Shown here one piece after another: positions 1 through 9,681 of a stretch of 43,044 nt of DNA. The stretch is from a virus (taxonomy: Duplodnaviria; Heunggongvirae; Uroviricota; Caudoviricetes), in IMG/VR virus record IMGVR_UViG_2711768052_000001, positions 1 through 43,044 of that record. One strand, 5' to 3'. Position numbers and translations under genes: made by a program. The notes below the pieces were generated by a model that was given only the letters and a program-made list of their open reading frames with translations, had not been told where the DNA came from and searched no databases. Numbering within the stretch: the first letter of the stretch is position 1; every line of letters begins with the position of its first letter.

Positions 1-15
1 CTGCAGGGGACACCA
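1..15. repeat. att core copy (left), ctgcaggggacacca; matches the 3' end of argW-type tRNA-Arg
   Basis: Exact 15-bp direct repeat with 43030..43044; ends in CCA like a tRNA 3' terminus; the tRNA-Arg match is from memory. Confidence 0.8.
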
Positions 16-127
16 TTTATCAGTTCGCTCCCATCCGTACCAGTCCGCAAAATCCCCTGAATATCAAGCCTTCCGTATATTCACGGTTCGTCATGGTTCG
101 CGTCAGATCGTTGACAGCCGCACTCCA

Positions 128-176
128 TGACGGGTAAAAAGTGGATAAAATAATTTTACCCACCGGATTTTTACCC
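128..176. promoter_or_regulatory. Candidate integrase/excisionase arm-type binding repeats (GGGTAAAA motif, one direct and two inverted copies) overlapping the int start
   Basis: gggtaaaaa, ggataaaat and two ttttaccc copies within about 50 bp; the same motif recurs twice at 42951..42971 near the other prophage end. Confidence 0.3.
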
Positions 177-1334
177 ATGCTCACCGTTAAGCAGATTGAA
201 GCAGCAAAGCCGAAAGAAAAACCATACCGCCTACTCGATGGTAATGGCCTGTACCTTTATGTCCCTGTATCAGGGAAAAAGGTATGGCAGCTTCGCTACA
301 AGATTGACGGTAAGGAGAAAATCCTGACTGTCGGAAAATATCCGCTTATGACTTTGCAGGAAGCAAGGGATAAGGCATGGACTGCGAGGAAAGACATCTC
401 GGTTGGCATCGATCCGGTAAAGGCGAAAAAGGCTTCGTCTAACAACAATTCATTTAGTGCGATTTACAAGGAATGGTACGAGCACAAGAAGCAAGTCTGG
501 TCAGTAGGCTATGCAACTGAACTTGCCAAAATGTTTGATGACGACATTTTACCCATCATCGGCGGTCTTGAGATTCAGGATATTGAGCCGATGCAACTGC
601 TGGAAGTAATCCGCAGATTTGAAGATCGCGGTGCAATGGAGCGAGCCAACAAAGCACGCAGAAGATGCGGCGAGGTTTTCCGTTACGCTATTGTCACCGG
701 AAGGGCTAAATATAACCCGGCACCTGACCTTGCAGACGCCATGAAAGGATACCGCAAGAAGAACTTCCCGTTCCTTCCAGCAGACCAGATGCCTGCATTC
801 AACAAAGCACTGGCAACATTTTCAGGAAGTATCGTATCGCTCATTGCGACAAAAGTTTTACGTTATACAGCCCTAAGAACGAAAGAGCTTCGTTCCATGC
901 TATGGAAGAACGTCGATTTTGAAAACAGGATTATCACCATCGACGCCAGTGTGATGAAGGGACGCAAAATTCATGTGGTTCCTATGTCAGACCAGGTGGT
1001 TGAACTTCTTACTACGCTAAGCTCAATCACCAAACCAGTCTCAGAGTTTGTTTTTTCCGGGCGCAACGATAAGAAGAAACCAATCTGCGAGAACGCGGTA
1101 TTGCTTGTGATCAAACAAATCGGCTATGAGGGGCTGGAAAGCGGTCACGGATTCAGGCATGAATTCAGCACGATTATGAACGAGCACGAATGGCCTGCTG
1201 ACGCTATTGAAGTGCAACTTGCACATGCCAACGGCGGATCTGTGCGCGGAATTTACAACCATGCTCAGTATCTCGATAAACGCAGAGAAATGATGCAATG
1301 GTGGGCGGACTGGATTGATGGGAAGGTGGAGTAA
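177..1334 (+). CDS. intS: Tyrosine integrase, P4/IntS family (385 aa from the second Met)
   Basis: ORF 141..1334; N-terminal AAKP...DG.GLYL arm-binding motif and C-terminal catalytic domain typical of P4-like integrases; protein from MLTVKQIEAAKPKEKPY recalled as near-identical to E. coli IntS; the ORF track begins at GTG 141 with no SD, so the ATG at 177 is preferred. Confidence 0.9.
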   Translation: MLTVKQIEAAKPKEKPYRLLDGNGLYLYVPVSGKKVWQLRYKIDGKEKILTVGKYPLMTLQEARDKAWTARKDISVGIDPVKAKKASSNNNSFSAIYKEWYEHKKQVWSVGYATELAKMFDDDILPIIGGLEIQDIEPMQLLEVIRRFEDRGAMERANKARRRCGEVFRYAIVTGRAKYNPAPDLADAMKGYRKKNFPFLPADQMPAFNKALATFSGSIVSLIATKVLRYTALRTKELRSMLWKNVDFENRIITIDASVMKGRKIHVVPMSDQVVELLTTLSSITKPVSEFVFSGRNDKKKPICENAVLLVIKQIGYEGLESGHGFRHEFSTIMNEHEWPADAIEVQLAHANGGSVRGIYNHAQYLDKRREMMQWWADWIDGKVE

Positions 1335-1426
1335 TCCTCCTTAACCACTATCGAAGAGCACAAAGCCTTGCAATCCAGTGCAAAGCTTTGTTTGTCTCAG
1401 TTTTGTCTCATCAGGATCTGATTATT

Positions 1427-3898
1427 TTATTGCAGGCGATTCGCAGCATCTCCAACAGAGCCAGTAAAAGCAACGCTTGCACTTACTCCTATAGGGGGGT
1501 TCCCATTTTCAAATGTACAGCCTTGTATTGAGTCGTAATCAGTTAGGTCTGGAGAGACAGGGCTATTAATAAACCTAACAGAATTCCACTCGGCTCTTGG
1601 TAGCTGTGATGAAGAACCACCAGAAGAACTTGGTAATGCGTAGACAAATCCGCCAGATACTTTTATAAAAGAATCCATGTTCCTTCCACCTGATGAGTCT
1701 GTTAGTGAAATAATAAAGCAATCAACTAGGTTTAGTCTGCCTGGGATATCAAACTGACCTGAAAAACCATAAAAGTTACGTACATTTATTTCTGGAACAA
1801 CAGACGGAGTAGGAAAACTGGACACCTCAGTCTGCGTATACATGCACATAAGTGTCTGGACTGCAGTATTCTGACTTGCGCTCTGATGGTCTTTTTGAAA
1901 ACCACTGTGAATATTCTCAATATTAATTATTGAGTTAAAGAAAGCCCGATTATTAGTAGAGGCAACTGCGGCAGTTGTTCCACGCAAATCCGGGAGAATA
2001 ACTGGTGCTATTTTCGCAGTCCTCGGAGGTTTGCTATATTTAATATCTTTCACAGTGATACTTGATGGCATTAGTACGCTGGGGAGTATGTAATTCCCGT
2101 TGTAGTTAATTGCGACAAAAGTTAGCCATGAATCTAGTATTGCGTCATTAAACACCTCTACCGTAATGTTTTTCACAGTAACCGCCGTACCCCACGGAAC
2201 TGGTGCTGTATAGCCATAATCAGGAGTTGTTGAACTTGTTGTGCTAACACCGGCATTGAACGACACGCATGATAGAATTCCTGGTGCGGTCTCCGATGCA
2301 GAAGAAAATGATAATTCCCTCGACATCTTATACGAAATATTTTCAACAGTAATATCACCATCAAAGTAACTACCGTAATCCTCCCGCATAAAGATAACAC
2401 TTCGACGAGTTTTATCTATGTTATTTGCACTGGTTCCAGTTAGGTCTGTCTGAGATCCAAGATATTTGGCACAATTAGAGACTCTAAGATAACCTCCACC
2501 AACACCAATGAACACACCAAATTCGTGTAACTTAGTGTGATTAACGTCTATGTCGAAAAGATGATAATGTCCATCTACCCGATTTAAAGTTGAATTAGTA
2601 ACTATCAAATCTCTCGATTTATTCAGACCAATAGCTCCCCAACCTTGCACAGCATTAACGTTATCAAGAATTATTTCAGCTGCGTAGTTACTCCCCAAGA
2701 GATACGACCCATTGTTCGCGTTATAACTTGACATGGCTTCTGCAGATATGTTATCGAACCTTATCTGACTAACACCATCACCAAGATAAAATATCTGCCT
2801 GATGTTTGTTACCTTAATATTGTCGTCTTGCCGTACAGTTATATCAGAAAACTTAACCTGTGACCTTAACGCTTTAAAAACAACACCTGACGTCATACCA
2901 GACGTATCAATGTGAGCGCCTTCAACTTTCAACCAGAAGTCTTCATCAGGTCTGAAATAGGCCTCCGGAGAGGGTGATGCAGTAAAATCATGCTCAAGAG
3001 GATATTGTAAACCTCCGTATTTTGTTACACGGTTTATCGTTGTTTTGTAATATGTTGGTGCAACTTCAGCAATCTGGCGTTTGCACAGAGGATCTCTTGT
3101 ATCCATCCAAAAAGTACCACGGCTATATGTAATCATGCCGCCATAAAGAGCCATCTCACCTTTTCTCATTCCTCCTTGCGATATTTTAGAGGTAACATTT
3201 TCTGAATTTTTCCCTTGTAGAGAATAAGTTGGAGTTGTGTCAAATGAAGGCTCTCCAGAAAACTGCGGTCTAATTACGCATCCATTGAAATAAACTGGCG
3301 TTCTTACCTCTATGTTAGCCTTTGCGTCCATGGTGATTTCTGAAACATCATATAAAACAGGAATACCAAGTGTGTTTGCTTTTTTGTGAGCTAATCTTAA
3401 TTTTTCTGTTTCATCACCAACTCCGATAACACCGAAGTCTGAGATCTGTATAAATGGTTTTCTTTTTAATATATCCCCAATTGAGCCAGATGGATATGAA
3501 ATATCAGGATTAAATCCAACATATCCAGCACCATACTCTGATTCAATTATCGCTCTAAACTGATCAGGGTCATACTTCAGCACATTAGGAAAATTGAACT
3601 GCTGTGCACCATATGCATCATAAACAGCCATAGAATGGCCTTGTACAGTTACGAATTTGGCAATCTGTCCGTTATATACCGGATATCCAGCAGCGTTAAT
3701 GATGATTGGCTGTTCAACAGGAACGTGAGAGCCGTCTTCGTTCTCCACATAAACCTGAATCTGGTTTTCAGGATTTACCGGGTCCGTGTCAATTTTACCG
3801 ATATAGATTTTGCCATTGGCTACGGCTTTAAAAGAACGAGCCATAGTGAAGAGTTGCGAAGGCATGCTCACTACAACATTGGCTGTAATGTCTGTCAT
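1427..3898 (-). CDS. Tailspike protein (823 aa) with P22-type N-terminal head-binding domain and a divergent receptor-binding domain
   Basis: First about 110 aa ([11 protein letters not shown]...[13 protein letters not shown]...DTDPVNP...YDPDQ) closely match the P22 gp9 head-binding domain; the remainder is unrelated to P22, Sf6 or HK620 spikes as far as I recall. Confidence 0.9.
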   Translation of the reverse strand: MTDITANVVVSMPSQLFTMARSFKAVANGKIYIGKIDTDPVNPENQIQVYVENEDGSHVPVEQPIIINAAGYPVYNGQIAKFVTVQGHSMAVYDAYGAQQFNFPNVLKYDPDQFRAIIESEYGAGYVGFNPDISYPSGSIGDILKRKPFIQISDFGVIGVGDETEKLRLAHKKANTLGIPVLYDVSEITMDAKANIEVRTPVYFNGCVIRPQFSGEPSFDTTPTYSLQGKNSENVTSKISQGGMRKGEMALYGGMITYSRGTFWMDTRDPLCKRQIAEVAPTYYKTTINRVTKYGGLQYPLEHDFTASPSPEAYFRPDEDFWLKVEGAHIDTSGMTSGVVFKALRSQVKFSDITVRQDDNIKVTNIRQIFYLGDGVSQIRFDNISAEAMSSYNANNGSYLLGSNYAAEIILDNVNAVQGWGAIGLNKSRDLIVTNSTLNRVDGHYHLFDIDVNHTKLHEFGVFIGVGGGYLRVSNCAKYLGSQTDLTGTSANNIDKTRRSVIFMREDYGSYFDGDITVENISYKMSRELSFSSASETAPGILSCVSFNAGVSTTSSTTPDYGYTAPVPWGTAVTVKNITVEVFNDAILDSWLTFVAINYNGNYILPSVLMPSSITVKDIKYSKPPRTAKIAPVILPDLRGTTAAVASTNNRAFFNSIINIENIHSGFQKDHQSASQNTAVQTLMCMYTQTEVSSFPTPSVVPEINVRNFYGFSGQFDIPGRLNLVDCFIISLTDSSGGRNMDSFIKVSGGFVYALPSSSGGSSSQLPRAEWNSVRFINSPVSPDLTDYDSIQGCTFENGNPPIGVSASVAFTGSVGDAANRLQ

Positions 3899-4030
3899 TT
3901 AATTTGCTCCAGATACAATGAATCGCCGCAGCATGGCTACGGTTGATGTTTGTTGCATACCGAAATGGTACGATTGTTGATTTGTACAGTAGGTTTTACG
4001 ATGCCATTCCACCCATTTGGTGAGGCATTG

Positions 4031-4288
4031 ATGATGTACAGCAAATACGATGAGGCGCAGTTCCACTTGAGGCTTACGCACGAGTTGCACGCTAAGATTA
4101 AGCAGCGTGCAAAAATGAATAACAGGTCTATCAATTCCGAAATTGTGGCTACGATGGAAGAATCACTCTCCAAACCATCACCTGTAAGCGGGTATCGTGA
4201 TGAAGAAGAGAGGTTGGCCTCATTAATCTCGGAGCGAGTAAAAGAAGTTGCGGCTGATATCCTTAGAAAAGAAAAAACCCGCGATTAA
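4031..4288 (+). CDS. mnt: Mnt-like ribbon-helix-helix repressor, copy 1 (85 aa)
   Basis: MMYSKYDEAQFHLRLTHELHAKIKQRAKMNNRSINSEIVATMEESLSKPSPVSGYR resembles P22 Mnt (RHH fold, KPSPVTGYR motif); GAGG SD 5 nt upstream of ATG 4031. Confidence 0.7.
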   Translation: MMYSKYDEAQFHLRLTHELHAKIKQRAKMNNRSINSEIVATMEESLSKPSPVSGYRDEEERLASLISERVKEVAADILRKEKTRD

Positions 4289-4296
4289 GCGGGTTT
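4277..4296. terminator. Bidirectional rho-independent terminator between convergent mnt copy 1 and the 73-aa ORF
   Basis: Hairpin acccgc/gcgggt flanked by an A-run upstream and a T-rich stretch downstream; the mnt stop codon lies in the loop. Confidence 0.5.
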
Positions 4297-4302
4297 AGTT
4301 GG

Positions 4303-4524
4303 TTAGTTATCAAAAAGTCCGTACGTTTCTTCTTCTTCAGGTGTAAGGGGAAGAATCTCTACTCTATCTATAGATATCTTTTCAATGTACCCATGAGGTC
4401 TACTTAAAATTAAAGCTCTCTCATGCCACAGAACTCCAAGAATGTGATACCTTCCAGCATCGCCTTTTACCCTGGCTCTTCCTTTGATTCTTGGCGGCAT
4501 AATGCCATATTTTTTCTTTGCCAT
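4303..4524 (-). CDS. Hypothetical protein (73 aa), last gene of the arc-ant operon
   Basis: ORF with ATGA start/stop overlap to the upstream antirepressor ORF; basic N-terminus. Confidence 0.5.
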   Translation of the reverse strand: MAKKKYGIMPPRIKGRARVKGDAGRYHILGVLWHERALILSRPHGYIEKISIDRVEILPLTPEEEETYGLFDN

Positions 4525-5252
4525 TATGCAACATTACTCCCATGAATCAGGTGTTGTAGTGCTTTAACACCTTCCTCATTGTAGCGGAATGCTTCCACCT
4601 GTTTGCTGGAATGCGCAGATTTATCCAGGAAGAACTTCCCGTACTGCTCAGTTTTGAGGTTGTTTGCGTTAGCAATGCGACCAATCTTGTTGGCCGTTAC
4701 CCCAAGCTGCTCTGCAACCTCCCCTGCTGAGTAGTAATGCTCTTCTATTGCTGGAAGAGGTATTGCATTAAAACCAACGATCGGGTTGATTATGCTTGCT
4801 GCCGCAGTCTGCTTTGCTTCCGGCGCAAGATTTGGCATCAAATCGAACAGATTGGTAACAGCTTCAACCGTCATTTTCAATGTTCGCGCCTGGCGATACT
4901 CAACAAGTCCACTAGACGATTTACCGCTTTTAATGTGCGCTTCTTGCATACTTTCAAGTTGGTCTACAAGTGAGCGGCGAACAGCTTTAGATTCACGAGC
5001 AGCCACTCGAAGGGCTTGCTTAATTGACATAACAACTTTTTCAGAAGTTGTCTTGTTTGATTTTTGAACTACGAAAATTTCGTAGTGCTCACCTTCAAGT
5101 TCATCCTTAATGCGTGCAATAAAGTCGTTATTGCGGACTTCTTTTTCCCCGCACTGTCTACGAGCATGATTGACCATCTCTAACAGGTACTGGCTATCAA
5201 TGGTTTTATCCGTGACAACGGATCCGATGTTTGCTACATTCTTAAAAGTCAT
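4524..5252 (-). CDS. Antirepressor-like protein, KilAC/ANT-type C-terminal domain (242 aa)
   Basis: ORF 4524..5303 trimmed to Met18 with AAGGAA SD; C-terminal segment YYSAGEVAEQLGVTANKIGRIANANNLK resembles phage antirepressor KilAC domains; sits in the immI-like module. Confidence 0.6.
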   Translation of the reverse strand: MTFKNVANIGSVVTDKTIDSQYLLEMVNHARRQCGEKEVRNNDFIARIKDELEGEHYEIFVVQKSNKTTSEKVVMSIKQALRVAARESKAVRRSLVDQLESMQEAHIKSGKSSSGLVEYRQARTLKMTVEAVTNLFDLMPNLAPEAKQTAAASIINPIVGFNAIPLPAIEEHYYSAGEVAEQLGVTANKIGRIANANNLKTEQYGKFFLDKSAHSSKQVEAFRYNEEGVKALQHLIHGSNVA

Positions 5253-5340
5253 TAGGCATTCCTTATGTGGTAGTAAGGGTGTGACATAGGCCGCCAGCAG
5301 CACACTGGCGGTTTTCTTTTTGCGCCGTCCGGCGCACCAA

Positions 5341-5967
5341 TCAATGAATCCATTCCTCGCCGCGCAGTTTTGCCAGCATTGGCTGAGCGTTCTTTACGAC
5401 AAAATTGTTGGTATCAAGATTCTTCATTTCACGAAGAAGTGATTTCTTGGTTTCTTCTGACATGTAGCGAGTCTCATATGCAATATCGTAAATCCTTCCT
5501 GAAAGCTCAGAACCAATTTGCTTCATTCCTGGGTAGATGTGTTTGCACATTTGTTGACTCTTCTCCATCCACAATTGTAAGTAGCAGAGATTAACCAGTT
5601 CTTCGTCAGTAAACTGTTTTGCAATCGGTGAGCATTCTGCCTGCCGATCCAAAATATCCAGCACCCAGCGGCGGAACTCTTTGGCTACCTGAGTGCGAGC
5701 AAACATCGCGATTAGGTGGGCACCGCGTAGTGAGAAAACACGCACTTTTTTGCGATAATTTCCTGAGGTACTCACTTCGAGTACCTGAGTCATTCCGGCG
5801 CTAAACTCATCGCTATACTTGTTATAAATCATTGTTACTGCACGACTATTTGCGTATTTAAGTGCAGATGCAATATTAGATGATGTAAACCAAACACCAT
5901 GCATATCACGGGTGGGCACCAATTCAACTCCGTGGAAGTTATAATCTGATTTTGCTACAATATTCAT
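5341..5967 (-). CDS. ant: Antirepressor, Bro-N domain protein (208 aa)
   Basis: ORF 5341..6051 trimmed to MNIVAKS with AAGGAA SD; N-terminal region (GVWFTSSNIASAL...LISE-like...FRRWVLDIL) fits the Bro-N fold; immediately downstream of arc. Confidence 0.7.
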   Translation of the reverse strand: MNIVAKSDYNFHGVELVPTRDMHGVWFTSSNIASALKYANSRAVTMIYNKYSDEFSAGMTQVLEVSTSGNYRKKVRVFSLRGAHLIAMFARTQVAKEFRRWVLDILDRQAECSPIAKQFTDEELVNLCYLQLWMEKSQQMCKHIYPGMKQIGSELSGRIYDIAYETRYMSEETKKSLLREMKNLDTNNFVVKNAQPMLAKLRGEEWIH

Positions 5968-6040
5968 GTTAGTTTCCTTGCATACGGTTACTGACATAGA
6001 GGCCCGGTTTGTGTTCACGCACTGCCGGGCTTCACTATTT

Positions 6041-6214
6041 TTACTGGGCATTAGCTCTTTCCTCTCTCAGGCTTTTAGCCAGTCGCTGCACAATCGCAGA
6101 GTTGATAGAAATTCCATCCATTTCAGCAACACGTCTAATCTCCTCCTTCATTCGCGCTGGCAAACGAAGCTGGAAACTTTGACTTTTACGACCTGTGTAA
6201 AGCACATCTTTCAT
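6041..6214 (-). CDS. arc: Arc-like ribbon-helix-helix repressor (57 aa)
   Basis: MKDVLYTGRKSQSFQLRLPARMKEEIRRVAEMDGISINSAIVQRL resembles P22 Arc; GGAGG SD upstream of ATG 6214; divergent from mnt copy 2. Confidence 0.75.
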   Translation of the reverse strand: MKDVLYTGRKSQSFQLRLPARMKEEIRRVAEMDGISINSAIVQRLAKSLREERANAQ

Positions 6215-6241
6215 AAGTAATCCTCCCACAATGATACCAAC

Positions 6242-6257
6242 TTGGTTCTAGAACCAA
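6242..6257. promoter_or_regulatory. Candidate operator: perfect 16-bp palindrome TTGGTTCTAGAACCAA in the arc/mnt divergent promoter region
   Basis: Perfect dyad between divergent RHH repressor genes; a partial second copy caagttggtg lies about 35 bp downstream. Confidence 0.5.
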
Positions 6258-6325
6258 TTTAACACCATTTATTTTGATGTCAAGTTGGTGCTATTGTTTA
6301 GCGAACATCTTTACGTTGAGGTCAT

Positions 6326-6646
6326 ATGAGCAAGTTCCCTAGTCATGAAATGGATAGGTTCAATATCAGGCTTCCTGCAGGAATGCGGGATGCTATAGCT
6401 GAACGAGCCAAACGTAACGGCAGATCAATGAACTCAGAGATTGTTCAGATACTGGAAGATGCCTTGAATGCAGAAAATACACTCGGGGAAATAGCAGATA
6501 AAATCAACAGCGTCTCGGTTCCGCTAAATGTTGATGCGCTAGTTCAACTTCAAGCCCAGGTTATCGCCATGCAAAAAGAAATACAGGAAAAGTTCAGAGA
6601 GCAGAACGAAAAGTTGAGAGAACTGCTAAACAAAAAAACCACCTGA
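6326..6646 (+). CDS. mnt: Mnt-like ribbon-helix-helix repressor, copy 2 (106 aa)
   Basis: MSKFPSHEMDRFNIRLPAGMRDAIAERAKRNGRSMNSEIVQILEDAL: RHH N-terminus plus C-terminal coiled coil; GAGG SD; divergent from arc as in P22 immI. Confidence 0.7.
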   Translation: MSKFPSHEMDRFNIRLPAGMRDAIAERAKRNGRSMNSEIVQILEDALNAENTLGEIADKINSVSVPLNVDALVQLQAQVIAMQKEIQEKFREQNEKLRELLNKKTT

Positions 6647-6671
6647 CGGTGGGTTAATTTTTGCCTTTTTT
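6637..6671 (+). terminator. Rho-independent terminator after mnt copy 2
   Basis: aaccacc-tgac-ggtgggtt hairpin followed by aatttttgcctttttt. Confidence 0.6.
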
Positions 6672-6744
6672 GGACCATATTGACTACTCATAAAATGAGA
6701 TCAATATTTAATCGCCCAATAACGGGTGCATGTTGAGGTATATC

Positions 6745-6924
6745 ATGGCGAAAAAACCAGGTGAAAACACAGGAAAAAACGGCGGAATATACCAAGAAGT
6801 TGGCCCGCGCGGAGGTAAGAAAGACAATTTTGCCACCGTCAAGGACAACGAAAGGCTTCCGCCAACAACAAAGCCAGGTCATGGCTGGGTATTAGATAAG
6901 CGAACTCCAGACAGCAAAAAGTAA
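6745..6924 (+). CDS. Small hydrophilic protein (59 aa) with KGG-like glycine/lysine motifs
   Basis: MAKKPGENTGKNGGIYQEVGPRGGKKDNF...; GAGGT SD 7 nt upstream; terminator hairpin directly after the stop. Confidence 0.45.
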   Translation: MAKKPGENTGKNGGIYQEVGPRGGKKDNFATVKDNERLPPTTKPGHGWVLDKRTPDSKK

Positions 6925-6930
6925 TAATCA

Positions 6931-6952
6931 AGCCGGGTCACTCCGGCTTTTT
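6931..6952. terminator. Bidirectional terminator hairpin shared by convergent genes
   Basis: agccgg-gtcact-ccggct followed by ttttt; the stop codon of minus-strand ORF 6938..7303 lies in the loop. Confidence 0.5.
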
Positions 6953-7303
6953 GATATGTCGCTCGCAGAACTCAACAAGCCTGCTCATTAAGTAGCAGTA
7001 AGTCTCGTTGGCTCTTCCTGGTTCAACATCAACGCCGACCCTTGAGCAGATATCGAATGCCATGTGAGCGCACTCATGGGCAATAGTAGATAGTTTGCCA
7101 TTGAACACACCTATCACATGCAAAACACCATTCTCGCTGCTCATTGTATGAGACGCTCCGTTGGCATCCGAGTCCTGCACGTCCACGCCAAGTTTTTGAT
7201 GCAGGCGTTGCCATTCTGGAAAGTCTCTGCAAAACACAATTGTACCGCTCTCAAAGAGCGGAACGAGCATTTTTGGTACGTTTCCAATGTTAACTTTTTT
7301 CAT
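6938..7303 (-). CDS. Hypothetical protein (121 aa) with HExxH motif (possible zinc metallopeptidase-like fold)
   Basis: Contains IAHECAHMAFD (HExxH) and several Cys; ATG start; at the P22 sieA-equivalent position between the ejection genes and immI. Confidence 0.6.
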   Translation of the reverse strand: MKKVNIGNVPKMLVPLFESGTIVFCRDFPEWQRLHQKLGVDVQDSDANGASHTMSSENGVLHVIGVFNGKLSTIAHECAHMAFDICSRVGVDVEPGRANETYCYLMSRLVEFCERHIKKPE

Positions 7304-7333
7304 GGTATCCTGCTCAAAACTAAGGAGGTTGGT

Positions 7334-7561
7334 GTGAAGCGATGGTTCCTCATAATTACTGTTTTCGCGATCATTTACACTATTTTCCCTGCATTAAAAG
7401 CACCAATGCAAATAATTTCGCTAGCAATAATTGCAATTGGTGCTTTCATTGCAGTAGCCGTACTTGTGTTTAAGGTTTTAAAGTTTTTAGTTTGGCTATC
7501 AAAAGATGATGGATGCAAAGTTCATCAAGAAAAAGAAGGCAAAATAACCAAAGTTGACTAA
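7334..7561 (+). CDS. Small membrane protein (75 aa, two predicted TM helices), GTG start
   Basis: AAGGAGG SD 5 nt upstream of GTG 7334; hydrophobic segments FLIITVFAIIYTIF and IISLAIIAIGAFIAVAVLVF; stop codon overlaps the stop of the convergent ejection gene. Confidence 0.55.
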   Translation: MKRWFLIITVFAIIYTIFPALKAPMQIISLAIIAIGAFIAVAVLVFKVLKFLVWLSKDDGCKVHQEKEGKITKVD

Positions 7562-9681
7562 CTGTCACTAGCGAGCCATGTAATAATCCCCGTGCGGGCA
7601 ATGGTTTTTGCTTCATCTGTTGATAAGGTTTTCTCCCATCTCTTAAATGCCCCAGATTGCATCAGTTTCCTTTCTATTACGCGTCTCACTTCTGCTCTGT
7701 CTACTGGTGCGTTTTGCAGGCGAAATAGCATTGATTTAAACTCAGGAGAAGACAGTAGAGCATCAGCAGCCTTTATCCTGCTTGTTTTCCCTGACATCAA
7801 TGCTGACGTTATCACCCCTGTTGCACCTACACCAGGAAGACCAGATAAGCTTGTAATACCTTCCGCCGCAGCAGCTTTTGAGGCTATTCCATAAATTTTT
7901 GCGAGACTACCCTTTTCTTTCAGAAAGTTATTAACTTGCTGATCCACAAGGCTGCTAGCATACTGCTTACCAGTATTGAGTCTATTCATAGCCTTGGCTG
8001 CTTGATAAATCGTATCAAGGCGCTTTGATGCATCTGTGCCAATAGCATCACGGAGAGCCTTCATATTGGCCCCATTGCGTGACATTCCGTTATACCATTT
8101 TACAAATCCATCAACCCCTAATTGCTGGCCTGGTGATTTAGCATAGCTGGTAAATGCTTTATTCATTGAGGTGAGCGCAACTTCCTGCCGCATATCCTTT
8201 GGAATTGACTTCATTAATTGCCTAAAGTCACCACCGTTTCCTTTTGCCATATTAACAACGGCACTTTCAACTTTTGGAATTGCTGATTGCTGAAGTTTTC
8301 TACCCAAAACGGTTACGGCATCATCTTCAATGGATTTTCGTGTTTTTACCAACTCCTTACCAAGCGTCCATAACTCCCCTGCGCCATATTTTTCTGCGAC
8401 AGCCTGTTGGTCATCTGTTATAGCCGCATATAACTTTTTAAGAACACCTGTTTCTTCATCCTTGAATGGGCCAGAGCCTTTGCCAATAGCTTGCCCAACC
8501 TGCTTTCTAGCGAGATCTAAACGCCCATACGTTGGCAAGGTGTTTGGATCAAGTCGGTTCAATGTCCGCTTCATTATTGGAGATAATTCATCAATTCCAC
8601 CTATATCATCAGCAAAATCCTCTAAAAAATTCAATGTATTAGTTGCCTCAATCCGGTCTCTTACAGGAACCTTTTCGGCAATTTTGTTGTAGATGTTATC
8701 TGACTGATTTTGTAATGATGAAATGGTTTTATCAAAATTATCTGCAAGCCTGTCAGAAACCAGTTGCTTATCAAGGCTTCCCCCAAATGAAGTTATCATT
8801 TCATCAGCTTTTCTTCCTAATTCAGTAATAAAACGCTTATGCGCCTCACTAATCTCTGTTCCAGGGAGACTTGCCACTGCATTATCAAGAGCCCTGACAG
8901 CAGGATTATTAGAGATCATGCCTGGAGTGGCATAATTTTCCAGTTCTAGCTCACGAATAGCATTTATCGCGTTAAAATCAGGATTAACTTCATCGGCGAA
9001 ATCTTGAATAGCTCGTTGCCCGCCGATAAATTTATTGTCCATTGCGCCAGCAGCTTTCTTTAACGTTGCTTTAGATGATTTACTACCCATCCCTACGGAT
9101 GAGCGATAAATATCTCCGGCACTATTTTTAATTTTTCCTGCAATCTTCCCAAGCGCTGGACCAACAATCTCTGCTACAGGGCCAGCCACAGCGCCAATAG
9201 CAGCTCCAGAAGCAACATCGCTATTTGTTCCATTGGCTACAATAGCCCCTTCTCCAGCACCAAGCCCTGCGGCGGCAGCCAGCCTTGCCGCCCCTTTCGG
9301 AACCTGAGAAATAATCCCACCACCACTAACAAATGGCGCTGCTTGTCCAACAAACTCACCAACATCTTGTGCGGTTGATGGTTTTGCCGCTAACTTCTGC
9401 TGTAGAGACTGAATTGCGGCTTGCTCTTCTGGTGTCATATCCTGAAACAGGCCAACACCTTTACCAACATCCATCAATCCACTGAGAACGCCATACATAA
9501 AACGGTCGAAACCGTTAGCATTATTAACAACATTTTCCTGTCTGGAATTTTCCTCTGGCGAAACCAAAGGTGATTGCTGCTGTTCTGGTTGGGCATCAAG
9601 CACAAAACCATCAGGAAGCTGTGAGTTATCAGGCTGATTATCGAGAACAAAGCCTTCGGGTAAACCTACATCGGTTGCCAT
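7558..9681 (-). CDS. DNA ejection/injection protein, P22 gp16-like (707 aa)
   Basis: Last gene of a conserved P22-order block (gp14, gp7, gp20, gp16); size and Gly/Ala-rich composition fit. Confidence 0.85.
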   Translation of the reverse strand: MATDVGLPEGFVLDNQPDNSQLPDGFVLDAQPEQQQSPLVSPEENSRQENVVNNANGFDRFMYGVLSGLMDVGKGVGLFQDMTPEEQAAIQSLQQKLAAKPSTAQDVGEFVGQAAPFVSGGGIISQVPKGAARLAAAAGLGAGEGAIVANGTNSDVASGAAIGAVAGPVAEIVGPALGKIAGKIKNSAGDIYRSSVGMGSKSSKATLKKAAGAMDNKFIGGQRAIQDFADEVNPDFNAINAIRELELENYATPGMISNNPAVRALDNAVASLPGTEISEAHKRFITELGRKADEMITSFGGSLDKQLVSDRLADNFDKTISSLQNQSDNIYNKIAEKVPVRDRIEATNTLNFLEDFADDIGGIDELSPIMKRTLNRLDPNTLPTYGRLDLARKQVGQAIGKGSGPFKDEETGVLKKLYAAITDDQQAVAEKYGAGELWTLGKELVKTRKSIEDDAVTVLGRKLQQSAIPKVESAVVNMAKGNGGDFRQLMKSIPKDMRQEVALTSMNKAFTSYAKSPGQQLGVDGFVKWYNGMSRNGANMKALRDAIGTDASKRLDTIYQAAKAMNRLNTGKQYASSLVDQQVNNFLKEKGSLAKIYGIASKAAAAEGITSLSGLPGVGATGVITSALMSGKTSRIKAADALLSSPEFKSMLFRLQNAPVDRAEVRRVIERKLMQSGAFKRWEKTLSTDEAKTIARTGIITWLASDS

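Noticed and set aside
1041-1298. 85-aa minus-strand ORF inside the integrase gene
   Set aside because: Antisense overlap with a well-supported integrase CDS
3967-3989. 9-bp match (GTACAAATC, minus strand) to the PL operator-like motif in the tailspike/mnt divergent region
   Set aside because: Second half-site is displaced by 5 bp; too short to distinguish from chance
7341-7472. Alternative ATG-initiated Cys-rich 43-codon frame overlapping the membrane-protein gene
   Set aside because: No SD; the GTG-initiated frame has a perfect AAGGAGG SD and a coherent two-TM product
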